Shown in pieces: positions 1-12,700 of a stretch of 64,000 bases of DNA. Where the stretch lies: NCBI GenBank assembly GCA_903813345.2, contig CAIIXF020000001.1:39370001-39434000 (forward strand), written 5' to 3'. Position 1 is the stretch's first letter; every line of letters begins with the position of its first letter. The notes under the pieces were generated by a model that saw only the letters and a program-made list of their open reading frames with translations, did not search any database and had not been told where the DNA came from. The stretch comes from Owenia fusiformis (Eukaryota). Both the position numbers and the translations under genes were made by a program.

Positions 1-446
1 CTATATTAATTGATAATTTAGATGTCAGAGAGCTGTGTCATAGTCTATGAGTGAGATATAAAAGTCTATAAAATAGATATTCCCAGAGAAGAGAGCAATT
101 CTCAAACGTAAATGCATATCCATAAAAATAGTTAAAAACATTACATCGCCACTAATACAGTGAAAAACTTGAGAGGTGTGTAACTTAATGGGAATAATTG
201 CATATGCAAGTGAATTTATGTTCCAATTTAAGCATAGTTAGTGTTTTTGTCAGAATGCATTATCACAATCTCTTGTTTAGTCATACTTTTATGTCAATAA
301 CTTCTATATATGTGCCAGAACACTCTTACCTCTACCCCATACATTATTGTTGAATCTGTAGATGTATTCTACATACATGTCGAAATGAAATCTAAACGAA
401 ATCAAAACTTATCTACACATCTTCTATTCTTTTGTTTTTGTTGCAG

Positions 447-716
447 TTCGTAGAGTACCTCCACATTTTACGATACCCCCAGAGAGTGCTGAAGTGATGC
501 CTGGTGGAGATGTTAATATTACCTGTGTGGCTGTCGGCTCCCCCATGCCATACGTTAAGTGGCGACTAGAGGCTATTGAGTTGACCCCTGAGAGAAACAT
601 GCCTGTGGGTCGCAACGTCCTGCAGCTGACTAACGTCAAGGAATCCGCCAACTACACATGCGTGGCTGTATCTGAGCTAGGCAATATTGAGTCTGTTGCC
701 ACGGTGAAAGTCAAAG
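447..716 (+). CDS. Lar: Exon: Ig-like domain 3
   Basis: ttgcag acceptor, gtgaga donor; VRRVPPHF...[12 protein letters not shown]...VKVK; phase 1-1. Confidence 0.95.
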
Positions 717-3700
717 GTGAGATTTTAACACTTCACTCAGGAATTGTTTTACACAGTGTACATATAAAACACTATTACAAATATATTTCTGTGTAAGACA
801 TACCTGTTTGATACAGTGTAAGGTTTGCTGTGTGATTTAGGGCAACACCTATGCTATTTGGAGTGACAGCCTTTTTGACTGCATTTGAAACCATGCATAT
901 TTGAGCCAGATATATGCTTTTTCCACTTGAATGTTGCTTTTTGAACAAATAGTGATATTTGTATTTATAGTACATGTACTGTGTATCATTTGAACAATAG
1001 AATTATGAATTTATTTCTCATTAAAATATTTCAGCAAGTAAGTAAAATCAAAATAATTTTTATATGATATTATTATACATTTTACAAAGTATTTTTGTTA
1101 CATTCTATATGATTTTTTACATAGAGAACCATGTAATTTTAGCCCTGTTTAAGTAAATGTATTTATTTCCCATCATGCCTCTCTTAGTCCCAATTACAGG
1201 TAGGTTGACTCGTGTAATGTTGCATTGTGGGATTGCTCTGAACACTCCATCTTTTCAGTATTGATACACGCTAAAGTGACAAGTTAGATGTATATATGGG
1301 CCTCTGCCATACTGTTGACTACTTTTTATACGTTAATACACCATATATGGTGATGATCTGTTAACGTAATAGATGTTTGCAGACCTGTAGCATTCTCCAA
1401 ATATAGGGTTCCATTCCTCACATATATGTCCATATTTGGAATGAGCTGCTCCGTACAGTCTCAGTACTAGCCCTGAGCTAAATATGGAACCTTGTATTTG
1501 GAAGATGGACCAATAGTTTCTCCGAGGACTTCTATTTTATATCAACATGACTTGTGTATCTTCAGTTCGAAGTTGATGTCTTCAATGTTTTCACATGTTT
1601 CAGGCTATTGAAATATTTAAAAATAAATATCCAGACCTGAAGATCAATGAAAATATCAATTTGTTTGAGTATGGTTCTTACATATGACTGTTCTTACAAG
1701 ACCTATATTTATTATATATATATATATATATACTGTACTTACACAAGCGATGGGTTAAAATAGAAGAAATCCAAGTCTATGAGTTGTTCAAATGAACTTC
1801 TGGAAAGCAGGTCTTGGGAACATGTAGCATTGTCGTAAATGACCACTACAAGTCTTTATCTCTTGACTAATCTCCTTCAAATATATTGTTGGACTCTGAA
1901 TGTAGTCATAGATTGACACCCATAGACTCTCAACTGAAACTGGAAGCATCTCTGATGTCCGATCTTGTATGTTGGAATTGTTGTATCACCAGTGTTTCAA
2001 ATACTTGTATGTTCACCGACTTGCTGCAACTTATTAAACATACACCAATTTTGCTCATTGCAAATTGTCCCGCTCGGAACACCAATAATTTAAAGCATGC
2101 TGAATGAACTATTTTATCGTCTGAGTTTTCTTTAAGTTGGCCAAAATGTTTTCAGCAGCACTGCAGTTTTATTTTCAGCCATTCATAATGTAGTTTTCAT
2201 TAATGGGTATCATTTGGTATAATGCTTTGATGAGATATCAACTTAGCTTGCTACCTCATTCATAAAGCTCTGTAAAAAGATAATTAAGATTCCAGAGCAA
2301 TTATTAATGCATCATAACCAATTGCCATTGGGTTCAATTTCGCCTTTAATAAAATGAACATCTCATTTCAATAACACGTATTCATACAGAGTGGTTCTTC
2401 CCAGTTTATGTTGCAAATCCCATCATGGCCTTGCCTACAGTTGAGCTACCACTGGTGAAATACCATGTTTTACGCAAGACTCCACACGTTATGACCCCAC
2501 GCTTTCTATTCTTTACCCTAGCAATGCCAAATCCCCCCACTAGCCTGCATAGCTCTGACGTCACGCCAAATTCCGTCAAACTGACGTGGCACCCAGGGAA
2601 TGTAGAGCCAATCGAGTCATACATCGTGCAGTACAAGCGCCATGGTGAGGATAGCTACAGCGAGATCCCAAATATAAGAGGCCGGGAGTATGTTGTACAG
2701 GGCCTAGAGGCCTACACCAAGTATGACTTTAGGGTCGTAGCTGTGAACAATGTGGGACGAGGCCTTCCCAGCATCCCCAGGGATGAGATTACAGGAGAAA
2801 TGGGTCAGTAATGACATGTGACTTACAGTAGTTATAAAGCAACGGTATCTCGTAAAAGTAACACATGGCATCATTATATAACATCAGAATTCACTAGAGA
2901 TATATTTATTCAATGTTTTTTGAATGGTTTTGCTCGATTGATTGCTGTTAAAATACTGCTTAATGCTAAATTGTGATGATGTTAACATTGACATGTTTTA
3001 TTGCAGCAATAGCTTACAGGTTGCTTACAGTATCTGGTGTGATGAATTGTCCTTTATGCTTCATATAATCTAACGTAATAAGATCATGGATCATAGGCTA
3101 TCCGTTATCTTATTACACACATGCATACTAACTTCTTTTACTTATACTTACTGTCGATCCTTCAGTTTTTTTGTATTTCTTCTATTTCCCACTTTACTTT
3201 AAATCAAGTTTCCCAGTTTATAATTGAATCAATGTCTTTCCTTTTTTGAATATAATTTTTTGGAAATTCTCTAGCTCTATCAATGTATGTTGAGGCTCTA
3301 GAATCTAGATAATATATGTATGTAGTGTCCATAAACTTGTATAGATGTCTCATGTGAGAGTGCTAACATCTGAGTTGGCAAGCCATACTGTTGCTTCATG
3401 GAAGTAATAGTGAATTTGATATGAGATAGAAAAATACCTGAGTGGATTGATGTAAGAATGATGCTATGAGTGTTCAGTATGAAGTTTGCAGTGTGTATAA
3501 CTACTATAATGTGTGGTGTGACTGATGACACGCATGTTAGTTAGTTGATATAGTGACGTGACAGTTGATATAGTGACGTGACAGTGGGTGACTAAACATC
3601 TGACAGATATGAGAGGCTGACATGTATTTCCCACCTGGGTTTCCTAATCTGCAAAAATCTAAGTTTTCCAACACCTTGGTTCAAAGCTTAACAGCCACTT

Positions 3701-6700
3701 AACACGTTTGCTCTAAACTGTCCTATATGCCTGGGTAAGTACACTGTTCTGTTATATGCCTCTAATACAATCAGCCCTGGTTTCTTATAGTCAACCAACA
3801 GCGTCTATTTCAAACGTAACATGATTTTAAAGTTTCCTTAATACACATATAATGGGTCCCATTATTGTAGCGCTAACTTTGCATGCACTAGCTAACTAAC
3901 AGGATACTTGAAAACCTTCTACGTTTGAAACTGATCTTGTTCTTTGGCTATATCCACCTGTTGGATGTTTACGTCTCATTAATTAATATGCGCATAGTGA
4001 ATGACTTACACCCTACCTATGTCCTGGCGCACCATTTGCAAACACAACACCCATCATTCAGAATTTCACAATATGGCTGCTAGCGTTGCATCCATGGATA
4101 CAACCTTACCCCCATTATTATGTTAGTAAATATATACTAGCAAATAGCTTTATGAATTTAGAATCACATTTGTGTTCATATCCTTGGAGTTTGCCAGTGG
4201 TGTGCCTTGTTTGTTGCCCATACCATGTCTAATCTGTGTGTTTGTGTCCAGCCCCTGGCTCACCTCCTAGGGAAGTAAAGGCTCAAATGATTAGTGCGAG
4301 CACTGTGACGATGTCCTGGATAGAACCAGAGATACCCAATGGAGTCATCAAGGTATGTGTTTAGATTTAGTATCACATCTCACAGTTAAACTTGAAAGAC
4401 ATTTTGATAGTTTCATGAAAACATATGTCTATATATGTGTACGTTTGTACTTTACTAGTGTTTCATGATTTCACCATTTAGGTTGAATTATCACATCAGT
4501 AGTTAAGGCAGGATTTCATTGTTTGTTCTAACTATGCCTTGACTTTTGCAACCTTAAGATTTTGATCAGTAATGGCATTTTAGAATGTTATTGCTAATAC
4601 TCTCACCATGTCAGTCTGTACAATGTATGTATACGAGCATATCCATATATGAAAAATACATACCCTGAAGTACATTTTAAAATCTGAATTCTTGTTTCAG
4701 GGTTACGAAGTGATCTACACACTTTCCCCAGATCTTCCTATATCACTATGGACGTTACATCGTGTCAACAATGTCAACATCAACAACATAGCAACCATAC
4801 CTAATCTTGCCACAAACAGAACATATACCTTCCAAGTATTGGCCTTCACCGACATAGGATCAGGTCCTCTCTCAGATCCCATCAAAGTGAAAACCCAGCA
4901 AGGAGGTAGGGTGTTTACATCAGTATGTGTCTCCTTCAGAGAATGTTAGGAATCGCATGACTAGCGCAAAAACCCTGTGTGTCCAACTTACTGCCATATA
5001 GTCTTTTAATACATGTAGATTTCTCAAATCAACAATCTTTTATTTATTAATGATCCAGAGGTTAGATTTTTATTAGATTTCTTAGAAAATGTAGATTTTT
5101 AAACATCATAATCTTGAATAAGTGATTTTTTCTTTTGTTTGTTTTTTAACCTAATTTTATGAGATGAAATTTCAGTTTTATTTTGAGATGATTCTGAATT
5201 CTGAATTTTTTATTAATTTATAGTGAAATAGATGGCGGTTAAGCACATTTTGCATGATGTACACAGAGAAACATGCAAATCGTAACCAGACAGAAATATC
5301 ATAATTAAATCTTGTATGAGCATGATACATCCCATTTTACTGACTCATTATTTAAGAATACTAAAGGTGCACTGTGCACATGAGCTAAATGTTTATTGTT
5401 TCAGTAAGAGAAATATAAGAATCAAATTTTATACTAGTTACACTTTCAGATGAAAAAAATCTTTGTTTAATAGCTTCATTGATTAAACATTGGTTTTATA
5501 CATTTTGAAAACTCAAAACAAAAGTTTTAGTGTGTAATTTGTATTTTGAGAAGTTGATTTTAACTTTTTATTGTGTAAGGTGAGAGATCTGCCTGTTTTT
5601 CCTGTGTTTAACCCAAGCTGCATATTGCTTTCCTAGGCCTTTATGACCAAACTGAACACTGTTCAATGCTTCTAGCATTCAAATGTATACATACTTGTTG
5701 ATATAGCTAACATCAATGATGCTATTTGTGTATTAATATTTTTATAGAATACAGTGATCAGTTTGGGGTGTGAACGATTATTATTCAATTGAACATGGCG
5801 CAGCTGTACTCCGATATCAAAATCAGTTTTACATGCTAAAAAATAACCCAATTTCTATTTGCAGTCTAGTTTTGAATCAAGTCATTTTGAAATTGTAAAT
5901 CTGGGTACAGCTGACATTTCTGAGTATGTAGTCTTATATTAATGAACTAACAATGTTGGATTCCATTGATTTGATAACTCTTGATCAGCTAACTTTGATT
6001 TCTATGTATCAGTTAAGCACATACCTCCATATAGTAAGTAAAGAATTATCATGCTTAATATGCTCTTCTCAATCTACTCAATATTATTTGATTTCGTATA
6101 TGTTCATCAACTCAATTATTATTAGATAAATAGTGATTAGTTTGACGTTAGAGGTAGATTTTAGCTCACATTGCAATTGTGAGCTATAAATTATGCTGCA
6201 ATTTGGAGCTAGAAAATAAGCTGCAATTTAGAGCTAAAAGCAAGTTGGATTTGAGGACTAGACGGCAAACTGTAATTGAGAGCTAGAAATTTGGCGAGAA
6301 TGAGCTGCACTTATTTATTATTGATTATTATTATTTTGCAATATACATATATCATATATTTTGGCCTACCCCGTATATTTGGGAGTATTTAAGTATCCAA
6401 AATGAATTGAATACACTTCATTCTTATTAGTCTATATGGTTGTTATGTGAGTGTGTACTTGGTACACGATACCTCCGTATTGTAGAGAGAGAGATACTCA
6501 CACTAAATGTTTCCTGACTGCAGTAGAAGAGTATATGTAGAACATCCCCTGAGACAATGGACTGTTTGACTGTTAAATGTGTCGTTGCGATAACAGACAT
6601 GCTCATCATGCTTTCTATGTGATTGCAAGAACTAGGATAAATTTTGGGCTGTTTCCTTATTTGTCAGCTTGTATTGAATGAATTTCAAAAATATTTCAGT

Positions 6701-9700
6701 TTCTAAAATATATTTTTGAAGCTTGACCTTAATTGGCATTATAAGAAATCTCATTTTTATCCCCAAGAAATCTTAAGTATTTTGTTAAACATTATTCCTT
6801 GTGAGTTTTTTCAATCAGTGTTCTGTATTTTTTACCTTCAATACTTTGAAAGTCTGCTTTTTATCCTGAATTTCCATAAAGAATATCAAGTTTTTACTGT
6901 TCATGTACTTTTGCATGTAATGGTGTTTTTGTCTAACTTTTAAATTAGTTAATCTAATTTTCATATTTTGATAAGGTATGGACTATTGCAATGCAAACTT
7001 TATCCTAGCTCTTTGTTCTGTTGAAACTTGGCGTTGACGAAATGTAAAAATGTCTTACATGTTATACGTGCTCAGTTGTTGGTCATATTCACACTTTGAT
7101 TTGTAATGGGGAAATAACTTCATTAATATTTGAAATGTGATCGACTGTCAAGCACAACATGTACAGTAAAATCTGTATAAGTTGAATACCTCTGGGATGG
7201 CGAAAAGTGTTCAGACTTTCTATGGTGCCCACATTTCATTTAATATAGGAATTAATGGGAAGATAAAAAATTGGAACTAGAAGTTGTTTGGATGAGAGAG
7301 TGGTTCAGATTAGCGATGACATACAGATTTTACTATACATACTTTAGAACAGCCTATTTGGACTACAAGACAATGAATTTAACATTTGCTCATATATAAT
7401 GTTGATATAGTGAATCCATGTATTCTATAGAATGTGTGAATATGCCCTGTTTTTTTGTTTAGAAGGGTTAAACTTTCCAAAGATGTTGTTTTTGTTTGCA
7501 TTTTGTTTTGCTGAATAAGCAACATTAACATGAAATGAATTGAAATCAAGTTAAGTGTAAACCTAATGCATAAAGTAATATTGTTTTAGAACTATTTAAA
7601 AAGAGTCTGTGCAGTTTGATGCATGCAGTTTGTCTTGTTATGTTCATGTACAGTTACTGTTGCCTGTTAAATACTAACACACTGCATATATCTGCCATAC
7701 ATAAAACAATGTTTTATGATTATTAAGATACTTCCAGATGGTAAATCGTGTACTAAGTTGATTAATAAAGTTCTCTTTTTCCACTTCCAACAATAATGAT
7801 AATTAGAAAGACCAGGTATAGTGGTGTTGTAGAAAGATATCTCTGAATATTCTATTCTAGATACATGTAAACATCTCTCTTGGTGCACCAATCCAAAAAA
7901 TGACTTTTTGCTATGATGAAATTCCATGTTTTGAAACTGCTAGAATGACAATATTAACCCTTTGTCTGTGTCAACCTCCTAGCCTCTTATTGTGGTAATC
8001 TTGTGAGTAATATATCGACAAGTGGAATAAGAAAATTTGAATTTTGATCATTACAAAAGATTCTTATCAGGGACATTTATGTAAATTACATATTTCTACA
8101 TCATAGATAGACTAGATTTTTTTGGTATCTTGTATTTTCCCCGATATAAGTATGCTAAATCATAATAAAGAGATCGACTTCATGTTTTGTGATTAAAGCC
8201 AATGGAGAAGCAGATTTTGTTATCCTTCTCCAGCTTTCTTGTTATACTTCAGGCCTGTAGCCAGGGGGGGGGGGGGGGTTTGCAGGGTTCGGGCCAAAAA
8301 TTCTTTCAAAATCATGCAGTTTTTCACCATTTTGAGCACTTCTCAAGTGATTTTAGCCATATTTGGGCCAAAATTGAACCCCCATGGAAATGGGCCTGTA
8401 CTTACTAGGATGCTCTTTTCCATGATAGATAAGCTCACATCAAACAGAAACAATGCGAGAGTCTAGGATTTCATTTGATACATTTATCTAGTGCAACTAT
8501 TTTCAAAAGTTTATTTTGTTCAATCATCTGTCCTTGTCAGGAGGTTGTAGTTATTACTTGGCTTCAGAGTAATCCAGTTCCGACACATTGATTGCAGACA
8601 AAGGGTTGAACGTGTTTATTTTTGATTGAAAAAAATTTTGGCATTGGTGTTTCTCCATGATATAAATGTTAACTTTTTGCACAGAACTGGCCATTTCTTG
8701 AGCCTAACTTTTCCATTACATACATCTCCAGAAATCTCCTTTTGAAAAATAATGTTTCCTGCAGAATTCTAATTTCTCCTGTGTACCAATTCCTGAAAAA
8801 AGCTCTCAATTTTCCTGCAGAATTCTAATTTCTCCTGTGTACCAATTCCTGAAAAAAGCTCTCAATTCTTTTTAAAGTATACTCTTGTCAGTTGATATCT
8901 AGATGGATCCAGTGGAATGATGGAATTTATGTTTTTCAGGAAAACAATCGGAACATTATGAAATGTTTCATCATTGTAGGCTTTCCTATGTTCCTAAATC
9001 CATCTAGGTCAATGTCTATTCATCATTCATTCAAACTGTTGTTGCACGGTTTTAGATTTGATCTCCTTTTGATATAATGTCAATCTTAATATGATATCTT
9101 ACATATATATCATATATTACTGTCTCCCTGATTACAAATCATAAATGTTGTTCAAAATTCTAGATCAATTGTGCTTCACGTCTTTACAATTTCTGCTCCA
9201 TTGTATCAAATAATCACATGATTGATTACTCAAATTTTGCCTTTGAACCATGGAATGTATTATCAAGGAGTTATGCTCAGTCTCATTTAGTTCTAAATAT
9301 GACACAATTTGAGTTTATTCTTTATTCATTTACATGGAATGATTTTTCAAATAGCTCAGGGAGAACTCAAATCTTTCATTATTCTGATTCTACATTAATT
9401 GCAGAATTCTAATTCCTCTTGTATAATAATTCCTGAAAAGGGTCTCAATTCTTATAAAAGTGATAACCTTTTCAACAGAATGAATATATATCTGAAGACT
9501 GATGCACACAAAATAAAATGTCAATTTTACGCGATCGCGAGTTCATACCTAGTTTTTCAAAATATATAGTCTATTTGATTGTTATTATCTTTTTTCAGTG
9601 CCTTTCACACCTAACAACCTCCAGGGAGAGGCAATTAGCCCCAATGAAATTGTTCTCCACTGGGAGCGCCCTGAGGAATCGGGCGAGAGCATCACCTCAT

Positions 9701-12700
9701 ACGAACTTCGCTACAACGATTCCCACTTTCGTCAAAATATCAGGATTTCTATCAAGCCTCCGGTGGAGACCTATACTCTTACAGACCTCACTCCAAGCAC
9801 TGTTTATCATATCCAAGTGTCCGCAAAATCAGAGCGTGGGGAAGGACCACAGACGCCTATAATACAGATCAAAACCGAACAGTTCAGTGAGTACTGATTT
9901 TTAAACTGTTATTTGATTTTTTATGTAAGGATAGATATACATAGACATTAGTGTGCACTTAATGTTGTCAGTAAATAGACATGATGAATCTTAGACACTC
10001 TTAGTTTTCATTTTGTATTATCATCTTAAAATCATATTTATATTATGTTTGTTACTTTATTAAATAGTTGTATCGAAGCTATACTTGTGCATACCCATTA
10101 TAATAATGCTGTTGGATAAAAATGGTTATAATTTTTGAAAATTATAATTATAACATGGAGGCAGTTGCAAATCTCCTCAAAACATTTCTGATTTTGGTTA
10201 TACAGCAAAAATTGCCCTTTAATGCATATGGACTCTGCTACTCAATAGATGGCATCATGGCGTATGTATCAGCAAATATAGCCTCGATAAAACTATCAGG
10301 AAATGTCAAGTTATGTTATTTAGTATACTATCATATTTATTTTAGTTTTACCCCATTGTTGTATTCTCATTGATTTTCTCTTATTCTATATTATTTGCAA
10401 TGGTTGCATGTAACCTAAATTCATCTACTTGCTTATTTCAACACAGTGCTTGAGTAATATACTTTTGGATGAATTGATGCCATTCATTGTTTAAACATCA
10501 TGTGGTTTGATACATCTATATAATATGACTGTTCATGGATTGATGAGGGGGATGGAACTTTGGGTAGTGTTAGCTTGGCTGTCTCCGTCATCAGGCTTGT
10601 GACTGACCTCTGGGTGGTTCACAATCTTTTATGGAACCAACACTTCCATTCAAGAGACTGAAGTCATGGAACACTTTTTGATGATTATACCATCTTGAAG
10701 AATGATTCTAATAGCAAAGAAGGCAAATTATTGTCAAAGAAACACTCAACAAGCACAAGTACATGTATTTTGATATGAGTATATGTGTTTCAAACATTAC
10801 TCAAGCACTGTCTGAACAAAGCGATCATAAAGAGGTACAGAAGACAATAGAGAATCTTGGAAAGTTTGATGTCCTCATATTTCCCCAGAATTGGCTAAAA
10901 CACTCAGTTAGACGTTAACAATCCTTAGAATTTGATAAGACATTGTGATGATGTAGGAGTTGAATGTGAAAGTGATAGAATAAGATTAAGTGATTTAGAA
11001 TAAGAACTAACCTAACAAACACTAATGTTATATAGCATGGAATAGGGGGAGAGGAGGGGGACGTTAAGTATGGAAATCCTACATAACAAAAAATGTTGTG
11101 ATATTCAGATTTGTTGATGTGTATTATACTTACTACATGGGTAAAAATTGGAAGTGTCTATATATTTAAATCTAAGGTCAATGAGTGCACTTGTAAAACC
11201 AAACAGATGCAGGCAATAATCCTTGTACTTCCACTTTGCTGTGGTTTCCATTTGGAAATACTTCACTGAGGTCATAACCATGTAAGGCTTATATGTTCAT
11301 GCATGAGGGAGGGGGACATGGGGAGCGTATGTCAACCAAACAACCATTTGTCTAGCTGCCATATGTCAAAGGTATCAGTTTTTCCAAAGATAATTTTTTC
11401 TGATTTTTTCAATACCAGTTCTGACTAAGAATGTCCAAAACCAGCCGAAATACAGTATCCATGATTTTCAAAATTCCAAACTTGATTGAAATAGACTTTC
11501 AATGGAGTCTAATATAAGTTTTAAGTTCCCAATCAGACACTGCCTGCTTCAAACTGTGTAAAGTATAGTAAAGTGATTTTGCCATCTTGTTTACAAATTT
11601 TTGTTTTGAAAGAGGAGTCCTGTTATTTGTTCCTTCTTCACGTTTTATGTTACTTGGAAATGTGGAAAATATCACAACTGCTTTATCAGGTCAAAATAAA
11701 GTCATGGATTTCATTGCTGAGAAAATTTCTGGGAAATAATTTCACATTTTATGTATGAAAAACTCTGTTGTGGGAATATTTCGGCCAAAATGAATGTTGA
11801 TGTTTGTTACAGATTATGGATGCATTTGTGTGTTAAATGATATATACTGGTATGTGTGTATTTTTTATTTTTGAATTGTTGGATTCATAGTCCCTGCTCT
11901 ATGTGACATAGATTCAAAAATATTTTTCTGTTGCAGTGATTCATGTTTGAGTATATAATTAAAACATTAGGGGGTCATTTTTATAAATTTTAGTGCCATA
12001 AGCCTATGGGCTAAAATCGGTCAAATGAGTATATTGTGTCATATTTGTTGGGTACACATTTACTTATTTTGCTGATCTTTTTGCAAACTCAAGGAGATCC
12101 ACTAAGATAGAATAAACTTGTCTTTCTCGAACACTACTTGGACTGGCCAAAAACGTTTGGATTGGCAGGTGTTCATATTTCGATATATGGATGTAATGGC
12201 AGGTAAATAAACTGGACCAAAACATGATCAAATTTGGACTAAAAAGTGATTATATTGAGAGATATTTGGATGTACAGGTTTAACTGTATGGCCTTTTGGA
12301 AAATAGGTTGAGAGATGTTTGGATATACAGGTTTTACTGTATGGCCTTTTGGAAAATAGGTTGTGTACATATGTGTCAGACTTGGTGTAAGTGAGCAACT
12401 GTCAAGTGGGACCACATGCAGTAGAAATAGGTATAGAGGAAACTGCAGTTGTGTGGAAAGATGAGCGGCAAACTGACAGCCTGTTTACAGTATGAGAAAT
12501 ACTATCTCAACAAACCAAAGTCTGTTGCTATTCACAGATGAGTTCCCCCAGGTATATCACTTTGAAATAACTAGAGATCTTTGCCAATTTTCAAAAGAAT
12601 AGTGTTTCACCAGTTATGTTGTTACGTGTTTCACCAGTTGTATTGTATTATCGTCTCGTTTGTCAATTCCATAGTGGTCTGAATTAGTGGTAGAATGGTA

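Noticed and set aside
3664..3740. Consensus donor GG|GTAAGT at 3735
   Set aside because: Upstream AGs give 40-, 48- or 71-nt exons that frameshift or contain TAA; no coherent exon.
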